This document shows positions 24,400-34,703 of a stretch of DNA of 64,000 nt, piece by piece. Source of the DNA: the human T2T-CHM13v2.0 reference genome, Homo sapiens; the NCBI RefSeq assembly GCF_009914755.1, contig NC_060933.1; one strand, given 5' to 3'. Within the stretch, counting starts at the first letter, position 1. Each line of letters begins with the position of its first letter. Made by a program: the position numbers and the translations under genes. The notes beneath the pieces are model-generated. The model had not been told where the DNA came from. It made no database searches and worked only from the letters and a program-made list of their open reading frames with translations.

Positions 24400-26241
24400 C
24401 CTAATCCAGGAGGCCCCGAGGTAGGACATTTTTTATCCTCTGGATCAGAAGGCAGGATGAGTTGGAAGCCTTGTGCCAACATTGTCTTTACCTGGAACTG
24501 CTGTAATCTAGAAGACACAGACTTTTAAGAGGTTAAACAAGTAAAGGCAAAAAATTAGTAACAAGAGAGCTATCAGAGGTCCTAGAAGAGGTAAAAACCG
24601 GGGAGATTTGGAAAGACACTTTTAATAGTTGATCAGACATAGCTGGAGTCAGTGCCCTGGTTATATCTATGTAACCAGGTAGCTCTCTCATACATCTTTC
24701 GAATGTTAATCTCAACTTTTCCAGAGTTGTTAGTATATGTGCAGAGGTTTTTTGTTTTTTTTTTTTTTTTTTTTTTTTCTGAGAGGGATTCTCACTCTGT
24801 CACCCAGGCTGGAGTGCAGTGGCCCGATCTCGGCTCACTGCAAGCTCTGCCTCCTGGGTTCACGCCATTCTCCGCCTCAGCCTCCCTCATAGCTGGGACT
24901 ACAGGTGCCCGCCACCACGCCCGGCTAATTTTTTGTATTTTTAGTAGAGACAGGGTTTCACCGTGTCAGCCAGGATGGTCTCGATCTCCTGACCTCGTAA
25001 TCCACCTGTCTCAGCCTCCCAAAGTGCTGGGATTACAGGCGTCAGCCACGGCACCCAGCCAGGTTTTATTAATAACTGTATACAGACTCCAACTTGTTCA
25101 GCTAGTAAATAATCCAACACTAGTCTGTTTTTGATAACTACATTTGCCAAAGAGTCTAAATATCTTTGAATTCCTTTTAGTGTCTGACCTGCGTTCGTGG
25201 CTAAGGATTCTAGAGTTTGAATTAAGTTATTTAGAATTTACTCATGGTAGGTGAAGTCACTCCAGGGTGCTGCTAGTCCTATCGCTTCACCAATTCCTGC
25301 CAGAATTTACCCTACTGCTTGCTCACTTCTGGTATCCTTGAGTCTTATGGGGCTATAGACAGTAACTCCTGGAGGAGCAAGTGTTGCTAATGTACATTCA
25401 TCTCTGTTCCAAGTTTTTGGTATACAAAGGAAAGATACTCCTAAAAGAATAGGTGACTCCGTAGGGAGTTGGGAGCAGTTATGGGGTGCCACTTCTTCCC
25501 ATTCATGGCCACAGACAAAAATGAGCCCAGTTTGGGTACAAACAAAGCCCCTATGGGGTGTGATGTTTATCCTTTGCTGGTAAGTTGGGTCTATAGAAAT
25601 TTTCTTGTTCCAAAGGGAATAGCCAAACAATTTTTGTTTTTCAGAGAGGTGCAATACTCTCACTTCTCAGACTATGAAGTGTAAAGTTGTTTTTCCCCTA
25701 TATGTTCTGATCCAGGAGAAAGCACCAAATATAATCTCCTCATTTATAAGCGCAGTCCCATTTACCTTGCTGTGACCTTGGGAACTTGACAACTTGCCAA
25801 CTGAAGTTTAATCAGAGCATCACAAAGAAGCTTCCACTTCTGTGTCATTCACACAAGAGTGGGTGCAAAAGATAGAATCATTAGTGCCCTGGTGGTGTAG
25901 ATACCCAAATTCCCAGGTCCAGGCAATAGTGGTACAGGGCATTTCAGGTGTAATCCATTAAGTGGGTGAGTGTTCCACTTAACTTGTAGGGGTTGGGGTA
26001 TTTCAGATCGCTATGGCTAGTTAGGAGTCCTGGGGGATTATCATGAGCTATTCCAGATAAGCCAGAAGATAGAATTTTCTATCCTGGGAATGTCGATGAA
26101 AAATCCAGCAGCCATGAACATGATCTCCTGATGCTATAATTGTTGAAGTATTTACTAGTTATCTTCCCATCCACCCTGGATTAGGGTAATTGGGAGAGCA
26201 AATAGGATTAACAGTAACAGAATGGTGTCTAGTTTGGTCAT
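24400..26241 (-). pseudogene. env: env pseudogene, EnvV (ERVV-1/ERVV-2)-like, with stops, frameshifts and an Alu insertion
   Basis: Hand translation: signal peptide MTKLDTILLLLILFALP; IIASGDHVHGCWIFH; fusion peptide ILAGIGEAIGLAAPWSDFTYHE; [28 protein letters not shown]; [13 protein letters not shown]; TM LPLLGPLIALLLLIF; tail VSSRLQQFQ. Confidence 0.92.
24752..25060 (-). mobile_element. AluY inserted in the env TM subunit
   Basis: Poly-T then full Alu with Y diagnostics (GCAAGCTCTGCC, GTTCACGCCATTC); TSD AGGTTTT at 24745-24751 and 25061-25067. Confidence 0.95.
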
Positions 26242-26262
26242 AGTTGTTTCCTGGGAGGTTGG

Positions 26263-26325
26263 CTAAAGTATTATAATCAAGAAGAAGAAAAAAATTAAAG
26301 CTTCTATTCCCACCCAGAGCATCAT
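26263..26325 (-). other. Short hydrophobic ORF between pol and env (MMLWVGIEALIFFFFLIIIL*), candidate accessory/leader ORF
   Basis: ATG overlaps the pol stop (ACA TGA TG); A at -3; in frame with the env ATG 28 codons downstream; below the ORF-track length cutoff. Confidence 0.4.
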
Positions 26326-29300
26326 GTTAACACTTCTGGCTGAGTGTTGATTCTTTTAAATAGGTAGAAGAGATGCTTGGAAGGTTCACGGATGTAGATC
26401 ATGGTCTCCACCTTGTATGCCTGTGATGCATAAGAAACAGGTTTAATCCTGAACATTGTACACTAGTTATTTCCTGAAGTTTAACAGCATTGTGGGAACT
26501 CAAAAACACCTGATGGGGCCCTTCCCATTTTGGTTGTAATTGATCATCAGGGGATCCTTCTTTTCAAGTTCTTAGTAAAACCAAGTCTCCTGGTTGAATA
26601 GGAGAGTTAATTATCTCCCTTGTGGGAGGGGACAATATTTTATTTCCATAGGTTTAGAGGGCCTTTTGAACCTGGCCTAAGCTGATAATATGAGTGAGCA
26701 TTGTATTTATCTCTTCATCAAACAGAAGGCCTGAAGTTAAAAAGGGCCTCCCATAAGTCATAATGTACTAAGCTTTACAATTCTATTTGGGACTATCCTT
26801 GTGCATAAAAGGGCTATGGATAGCAGAGAAACCCAGGCCTCTGAAGTCTCCTGACAGAGCTTTGCTAATATTCATTTTAAAACATGATTAGCTTTTTCTA
26901 CCTTACCAGAGGATTAAGGTCTCCAGAAGGAGTGAAGGTAATAGGTAATGCCTAACTCTGGGGAAGCCTGCTGGGTCACTTTAGCTGTGAAAGAGGTTCT
27001 GTTGTCACTCTGCAGAATTTTAGGTAATCCCCAGTTGAAGATGATCTCTTTATGTAAAAACTTGAACACTTCTAATGCCTTCTCTGTCCTTGTGGGGAAG
27101 ACCTCTATCCATCTGGTAAAAGTGTCTATAAATACCAGCAAATATTAAAGTCCCCTGTATGGTGGCATCTGAGCAGAATCTATTTGCCGGTCTTCCCCAG
27201 GGTTTTTTTTTTTTTTTTTTTTTTTTTTTTGATGTTGTACAGGTTTGAGACAGGGTAGGGGTATGGGACGGCTTCCTGGGTCATTAGAGGCACAAAGTTC
27301 ACAGGCCCTGGTTACTCTCTTTACAGTCTGGAATAGCTCCTTTCCTAAGAAGATTTAAGAAACTAATTTAAATAGGGAGCCCCATCCCAAGTGTGAGGAG
27401 TTACAGATCTACTTAACTATGTTTCCATTGCTCAGCCTCAGGGAGGAGGAGTTTGTTGCTTCCTAGTAACCATCCTGAGAGATCCTTTTGTAAGCCTTTC
27501 TGTTATATCCATTTAATTTCCTCGGGGGCATAGTATGGTGTTGCTGATGTGGATGTAGTACCTGGCATTGATGAAGCAGCCTGTAATACTGGTGTTTCTT
27601 TACCTGTGGCCTTAGCTCCTCTGTCTGCTAGAGCAATTCCTTTGATAATTAGAGGTGTCTCTCTTTGGTGTTCCCTACAGTGAATAACTGTTACCTCCTT
27701 TGGGAGCTGGACAGCTTCTAAAAGTTCCAAATTCTGAGTGATGTTATATATGGGGGATCCCTTCATTGTTAGTAGTCCATTTTCTTTTCATATAGCAGCA
27801 TGAGCATAAAGCAATAGGAACCTATATTTGGAATCAGTAAATATATTGACTCTTAAGTCTTTTCCTAACTGGAGGGCCCTAATTAAAGTGATTAGTTCTG
27901 CTTTTTAAGTAGAAGTCTCAGAAGGCAAAATTTTTGCCTCAATAGCTTTTTATTGGCTAACTACCACATAACCTGCCTTTCTTACTCCTTCATGCATAAA
28001 GATACTCTAATCTATAAACCACTCAACATCAGGATTAGGCAAGGGCTCATCTTTGAGGTCAGGCCTGCTAGAGTAAGTCTGTTCTGTTTCCCACACAAGC
28101 ATGAATGAGCTGGGGATTTGTTTCCTAGGACATGAAGTTCCACAATAGGGTAACAGGGTTTAAAATGTGACGTACTTTAAAAGTAACATAAGAGTATCAA
28201 GCAAAAGGGCCTGATATTTAAGTGACTGGCTCCCATTTAGCCATTGGTGTCCTTTTGCCTCTAGGACTCCCTGGTGGGGGGCCATGACATCAAATTGCTG
28301 TCCTGGGGTAAACTTACTAACTTCTATCAATAGAGTGCTGGCGACCACAGCTCACAAGCATCCTGGCTACCCATGTGCCACTTGGTCTAGCTGTTTAGAA
28401 AACTAAGCCACTAGTCCTACTAGTGGGATGGCCAAAGCCTTACCTTGTTTTTCAGCAGCATAACAGAGTGAAAGGTTTTTCTCTGTTTGGAAGTCCCAAA
28501 GCAGGAGCTATTCCTAGCCTTTCTTTTATGGTTAAGAGTGTCTTTTGGCAGATTCCATCCCAATTCAAAGGCTTGTGATCACTCCCTTTTAGAGCTTCAT
28601 AGAGTGACTCTGCTATAGACTCAAACCCATGAATCCAGATCCTGCAGAGGCCAGCCATTTCCTAAAAGGCTTTTAACTGTTTCTCACTTTGAGGGGCCTG
28701 CAGTGCCAAGATGGTCTCTTTTTGCTCCTGGGCCAAAGTCCTTGTCCCAGGGGTGAGCACATACCCCAAATATTTAACCTTTTGCACAGAGATCTGGGCA
28801 CTGTGGTGAGATAAATGATACCGTTACTTTCCCAGAAAATTAAGGATCTGAATTATGTTCCTTTCAGAGTCTTCCCTAGTAGGGATAGAAATTAGTAGGT
28901 TATCTACGTATTTCAAGAGAGACCCATTAGTTAACTGTAGTTCCCTTAACTCCTTGGCCAATGCATTGCCAAAGAGATGGGGAATGTCCCTAAAACCTTG
29001 GGGAATAACTGACCAGGTAAGTTGAAATGCTGTATTAGTGTCTGGATCAGTCCATTCCAAAACAAAAATATACTGGAAGTCTGGGTATAAATATAGATAA
29101 AAGAAAGCATCCTTTAAGTCTAACACTGTGAAATAACAAGCATCTTCAGGAATTTAAGTCGGTATTGCATAAGTATTAGGAACTATTGGTTGAACTGGGA
29201 CCACTACCTTATTAACTTTCCTTAGATCCTGAACAAATTTATATTTCCCATTTGGTCTCTTTACAGGCAAAATGGGGTTGTTACGTGGAGACTGACAGGA

Positions 29301-29938
29301 CTGTAATAATCCATACTTTAGGAACTTTATTATTAGGGGCTGGATGTCTATCAGAGCCTCAAGTCTCAAATGATATTTGTTTCTTTCTGGGTAATTAACA
29401 TTAGGTTTCTAAAGAACCTGGACTAGGGGTATGTTAACAGCCCTACTGGGACCCTCCATGTCCCAAACAGAGGGGTCTACTTGAGAAGCAATATGTGGTG
29501 GAAAGGTCTTCTCCTTATCTGCTTTAAGGCAAGTACTCAGAGTTAGAAGAACCATCCCTTCCTAGCCTGTTACTTCCTCATGGAACATTGTAACCTGTAA
29601 TTGGTTAAAAAAGAAAAAAAAAAAGAAAAAGAAAAGTATCTTCCTAATAGAGGGATATGACACTTAGGCGTAAGTAAAAACCCATGGGAAGACGTATGGT
29701 ACCCCATGGTACAACCAAGAGGGTGGGTGAGTCTTCCAATTTTTGGATGGCCATCAATTCACATTACTGTGTAAGAGTGGGAAGACAGTGGCCCTGAGAA
29801 ATGAGTTAAATCTGAGTAGGTTGCTCTTGCGTTCAATGAGAACTCAGTATTCTTTCCTGCTACATCAAGTATTACCCGAGGCTCCTCTGCAGAGGTGGTA
29901 AGGTGTCCAGTGAGAGCTGTAGCTGACCTCAGGCCCTG
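26322..29938 (-). pseudogene. pol: pro-pol pseudogene (PR, RT, RNase H, IN)
   Basis: PR EEPRVILDVAGK..LNARATYS and PLLGR; RT PILPVKRPNGKYKFVQDLR, LDLKDAFF, IPQGFRD, YVDNLL; RNase H YTDSKY and VTVIHCREHQ; IN LVFIDTFTRWIEVFP, LQSDN, KWEGPHQV; many stops and frameshifts. Confidence 0.95.
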
Positions 29939-31470
29939 TCAGTCCTCTACTTTCTCAGCCATTATGAGTCTGGGTGGCTCAAACTCCCTCTTAAGCCTGG
30001 GGCAATCCTTTTTCAGTGGCCTTTCTTGCTTACAGAAGATATATTGATTCTGGCCTAAAGGCCAGTGAGTTGTGGGGGCTCTTGTCTGAGCATTTCAGAT
30101 GCTGATCTCACCACATTTCCTCAAGGTGGGTAACCCTGAGGCAGCACGGTTTGGGGGGTGAGGGTGCAGGGTAAAACAGCAGCCACCAGCAGTCATGCTT
30201 TTTGCTCAATTCTTTTGGATTTTGCCTCTTCCTCTTCCCTGTCCCTATTACTATAAAGCCCAAAGGCAATGTGTAAGAGTTGTCTCATGGAGCTTTGGGG
30301 TCCCATTGCTACATTTTGTAGCTTCCTCCTTATGTCAGGGGTGGATTGAGTAACAACATGCATATCCAGCAGAGCTCACCCTTCTGGGAGTCTAGGTCTG
30401 TATTAGTATATTTCCTGAGTGCCTCAATCAGTTGACCTTGAAATGAGTGGAATTTTCATCTTTCTCCTGAGGGATTTCTCTCACTTTATCATAATTAACT
30501 GGCTTAACCGAACACTTTTTCATACCATCTATTAAACAAGGTAGTGTGTGATTTCTGCTTTCAAGATCTTGAGAACCTCTCTGGTAATTCCACTGAGGGT
30601 TGACATCTGGAAGTAAATCTCCCCCCACATGATAAATGAAATGCCCAGGGTTATGTGCAGCCACTCTATCTCCATGTTCATGAGCAGTACCTAGAATTCT
30701 TTGTTTTTCCTTTACAATACCACAAGTGGATAATAATACTTGCATGTCATGCCAAGTTAAATCAAAGGACATGGTCAACTTAACAAACTCCTTTACAAAC
30801 TTCCCTGGATCTATCAAAAACCACCAAAATTTCTCCTTGCATAAAGGCAAATCAGACATGGAAAAATGCACATATTCTCTGATTGTCCCTCCATTCCCAT
30901 AAGCTACCACCCACAACTGACATAAGTTATATTTTGGGGCTGATATGAGGCCCCACTCCTGGTGGTACTGGTTGGGCTTATTTCTTCAGGCAGTGGTGGA
31001 TATGAGCCAGTGCTTGTTGGAGGAAACCCTGATGACCTTGGGGTGGAATCTTGCTTTAGAGAAGTGGTGAGGCCTCCTGTCAGAATTAGGGGACTGAGAA
31101 GGTTCTGAAGGTAGGGGAGGGTGCAGCACTGGGCCTCCTGGGGTACCTGGGAGAATTATGAGCCAGACATCATCTACAGCTAGCCCTTAATTTAGAATCC
31201 TGGTAGAGGGCCATAAAAGCCTGTACATAAAAAACTTCTTATTTTCCTTCCTTTTTATAAAGCAAATATAATTATACAATATCATTGTAATGTAAAGAAC
31301 CATGCCTAGGCCAAATCTGTTGATTGTTCAATTTTTATTAAACCCAAACATTATTGCAATGATAAATTATTTATTTTCTTCTTCAATTTGTCTAATAATT
31401 TGAATTTACTCCAATAGTCTAAAAGACACCCTAGACGTGAATCTTTGGGGATTCTCACTGTTGTCTTCAG
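29939..31470 (-). pseudogene. gag: gag pseudogene (MA, CA, NC)
   Basis: MA-like IPKDSRLGCLLDYWSKF and IWPRHGSLHYNDI..YVQAFMALY; CA ORF 30428-30916 (FSMSDL..DLTWHDMQVLLS..KPVNYDKVREIPQEKDEN); decayed zinc knuckle FCKQE..KKDCP; TGA at 29941-29939 in frame with protease. Confidence 0.92.
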
Positions 31471-32729
31471 GTCTGGTAAGGATCTCCACAGGGGGTTTCT
31501 GTTAGCCTAAGTTTAGTGAGTGCCTAATTACTATTTTTTCCCTTTTTCCCTTTTAAGTGACCACTTTCTACAAAATGTAGATAGCAAGTTGTTACAAAAG
31601 CAGGTTATGAGCCAGAAATGGGCCGTAGGATGTTGAGCCTAAATTCCACAGTAAGGGTTGGGCACAGAGTGGGGTGCTAAATAAATGGTGACTGTGGATA
31701 GGAGGAAGAAAAGAGGTAAACAGCATTGCCCAAGGAGAGACTTCAGAGGCCCTAATTTGCCAGAGAATCTACCCAGTAGGGGAGAAACAAACAAACCTAA
31801 AAGTTTGGATGGCCACTTATCTACAACTGTAGGTAGTCTTTCATCAGGCGAGGGTCCTCAGAACTCCCAGTTCCTTTGACCAAGAAAGGCTTGAGCAAGG
31901 CTGTTGTAAGGCATCACGACAGCACACAGGAAGGGGCTTGCAACTGGCTAAGGAAAATAATAACTTCTCACTTCAAGGCAGAAAAGGATAAGACCAATAT
32001 CCCCCCCAGAGGAGTGGCTATACCCCACAATTCTAGAGGAAGTGTCAATGCCAAAGAGCCCAGAGCATCCGGGAAGTGACCAATACCAATGCTGAAATAC
32101 CAGAGTGCCCAAGATCCTGTGAACAAGGGTATCCACATCAAATGTTGACAACCCCAGGGCATTGGGGTGGGTGGCCAACAGTGAATTCAAGACCAACTCG
32201 GTGTCACAGAACAATATGATTTTAGCATCCCAGAGTCAACACAACAGGGGACCTTTTACAACCAAGTGTTCTGTCTTAAACAATTGCCCAAATACAGTTA
32301 ATAAGAAAGTCAAAAGCAAACATAAGACTGCCAAAAAAAAAAATTAAGGATTGAAAATGAAATGACTGGTGGAAAAATAAAATGGAGGAAAAGGAGAAAG
32401 GAGCAGGGAGAAGGAATGACAAAGTCATTTTTAAGGGGAACTCAAACAAAGGTAGACTTCTAACCAACCACCTAGCCAAGGACTTTTATTTTATTTCCTA
32501 ATTCTACTGACACTACAGGGGAACAGAGGAAAACACTCATTCATCCACAGAAGCCAAATAGCACTGACCAATTTTCCATGTAGGAACCAGGTGAAGGTCT
32601 CTCCAGCATTCCTCAGCTTAGGTGGGCTCAGCTGCCATGGAGGGTGGAACTGTTAAAGGGACCAGTAACCCATCGGCCTGCAGGACTGAGTGACAGGTCT
32701 CAAATGAGGCAGTGCAACATGGTCACTTG

Positions 32730-33009
32730 TTAGAACCTGGTGGGAGGTGACTGGATCATGAGGGCAGTGTTTTTGTGATAGTGAAGGAGTTCTCATGAGA
32801 TCTGATGGTTTATGAGTGGCACTTTCACCTTCACTCTCTCTCGCCTGCACCGTGTAAGATGTGTCTTGCTTCTCCTTCAACTTCCACCATGACTGTAAGT
32901 TTCCTGAGGCCTCTCTAGCCATGTGGAACTGTGAGTCAATTAAACCTCCTTTCTTTATACATTACCCAGTCTCAGGTATTCTTTATCAGTGTGAAAATAG
33001 ACTAATACA
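32730..33009 (+). mobile_element. 5'-truncated THE1D/MSTA MaLR LTR inserted antisense in the provirus leader
   Basis: ACCTGGTGGGAGGTGACTGGATCATG...GTAAGTTTCCTGAGGCCTC..GGAACTGTGAGTCAATTAAACCTC...GACTAATACA. Confidence 0.9.
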
Positions 33010-33175
33010 GTATCATAGCTCTTAGGTGTTAACAGCTCTTGCAGTTTCAATCACCAACTGCTTTGCTGCCTCTTGCCATCTCTCCACTCATCATCTCACC
33101 GACTGCCATCTCTCACCATTGCCTGACTGAATGCTGCTTCTCTCGCCATCTCTCATGCCACTGTCTTTTCTCTGT

Positions 33176-33193
33176 GCCCTACATTGGGTGCTA
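33176..33193 (-). other. Primer binding site, tRNA-Lys(CUU)-like
   Basis: Minus strand TAGCACCCAATGTAGGGC vs Lys PBS TGGCGCCCAACGTGGGGC = 14/18, all differences transitions (two at CpG); adjacent to the 5' LTR. Confidence 0.75.
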
Positions 33194-33681
33194 GGGCAGG
33201 GCAGGCAATCCCCAAATTAGGGCTTAGCCAGGGAGAGTTCTTTGCTTCACCCAGGAAAGAATTTAAGAGTGAATCAGAGGTAGAAGAAAACAGCTTTGTT
33301 GAAACAGCAGTGCTACAGCTCTGGTGGTGTCACAGTTCAGGCAGTGTTAAAGCTCTGCTCCTGTAGAGGAAGGCTACCCCATAGGCGCTGTACTGAGAGT
33401 AGCAGCTCTAGGTATTTCTGCAGTTATATTTATATCCACTTTTAATTACATGCAGATTAAGGAGCAGTTTATGCAGAAATTTCTAGGGAAAGTGTAGTAA
33501 CTTCCGGATCGTCAAGTCATGGCCATAGAAAGGGGAGGTAACTCCTGGGTGATGCCATGGCAACAGGAAACTGACATGGCACACTAGTGGGCATGTTTTA
33601 TGGAAAACTGATTCCACCTCAGCCCTTTGTTAGCTAGTCCTCAATTTGTTCCTATGTCTGAGGCCCGTCTTCAGTATCTTA
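33194..33681 (-). mobile_element. 5' LTR (MER66A/B-like) with small deletions at both ends
   Basis: Colinear with 23748-24258; TATAAAT on the minus strand at 33434-33428; followed by TSD CCTT. Confidence 0.92.
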
Positions 33682-34635
33682 CCTTTGCTAAGCCATCCTA
33701 ACTCTGGTTTCTGAGAAACTAACATCCTAATTTCTGAGAACCTTTTTTTCTCATCAGGAGTATTATTTTTAAAATGTTTCATATCATATTTTACCTCAGT
33801 ATTTTCAGCATCTTAATAACCATGAGTATGATTATACCCAGTAAAATCGGCTACCTAAAAAGACTATACTGTTGATTTCATGTTTATGGATTGTTTACTA
33901 CCTACATTCAGCCTTTTGTAATTCTCTAACAGCATCCCTGACTGTCCCACTCTGAATCTCTAAAGACAGTATTTGCCTATGTCTTCTTAAAATATATTTC
34001 CAACGTATAGAATAATAAGAGAAGACTTGAAAGGCTAAGTAGAAAGATTCAAGGAAAAGAAAGCAAAAACTTGGTTGAACTGTGTACTTGCTCTTCTGTT
34101 GCCTTATTTCCTTGTGTAAAATGCATGATGATGCACATATCCCATATAGCTTTCATGAGAATTATATATCATAAAGCACATAAACTACCTAGAATAGTGT
34201 CTGAGTACATTATTATTGTTTAAGAAAATACTGTTACAATTTAATTACATAAATATTATAATATACAAATATATTTATAATGCAATATTAAATTATAATA
34301 CAATTGTACATTAGATGTATTTTATTGATATTCCTTAATGATACGGTATGTAAAATCTTATTTGTATGAGTACCAATATATACATATTATTCTATATAAT
34401 TGAAGGAAAATAATGCCTCCGAGACAAAACTCTTCATATTTAAAAGATTCTTTATGATATGTGGAAATGTGCTTGTCTTTATTTTGCATTCTAGATATTT
34501 ATAAAGTGAAGTTTAAACTTTTTTTGAGGTTTTAATATGTATTTAATATATTTATATTAAAAATCTCATCTACTGAAAATACATATTTCCTCAAGTACAA
34601 GAGTACCTGAAAGGGTAAATGCATCCAATCTATTG

Positions 34636-34703
34636 TATATAGATAGATAGATACATAGATATAGATACATAGATATAGATCGATAGATATCTATATATAT
34701 ATA
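34636..34703. repeat. (TAGA)n/(TA)n compound microsatellite
   Basis: TATATAGATAGATAGATACATAGATATAGATACATAGATATAGAT...CTATATATATATAG. Confidence 0.9.

Larger units (their letters stand above)
23748..33681 (-). mobile_element. Full-length defective class I ERV provirus with MER66-type LTRs and EnvV-like env
   Basis: Two homologous LTRs, PBS, gag, pro, RT, RNase H, IN, env and PPT in canonical order on the minus strand; 4-bp TSD CCTT at 23744-23747 and 33682-33685. Confidence 0.95.

Noticed and set aside
24652-25134. 160-aa plus-strand ORF
   Set aside because: Reads through poly-T and an antisense Alu; a typical Alu-derived spurious peptide
30428-30916. 162-aa ORF as a possible intact capsid gene
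   Set aside because: A stop-free fragment of gag with frameshifts on both sides and a non-ATG start; no sign of selective preservation
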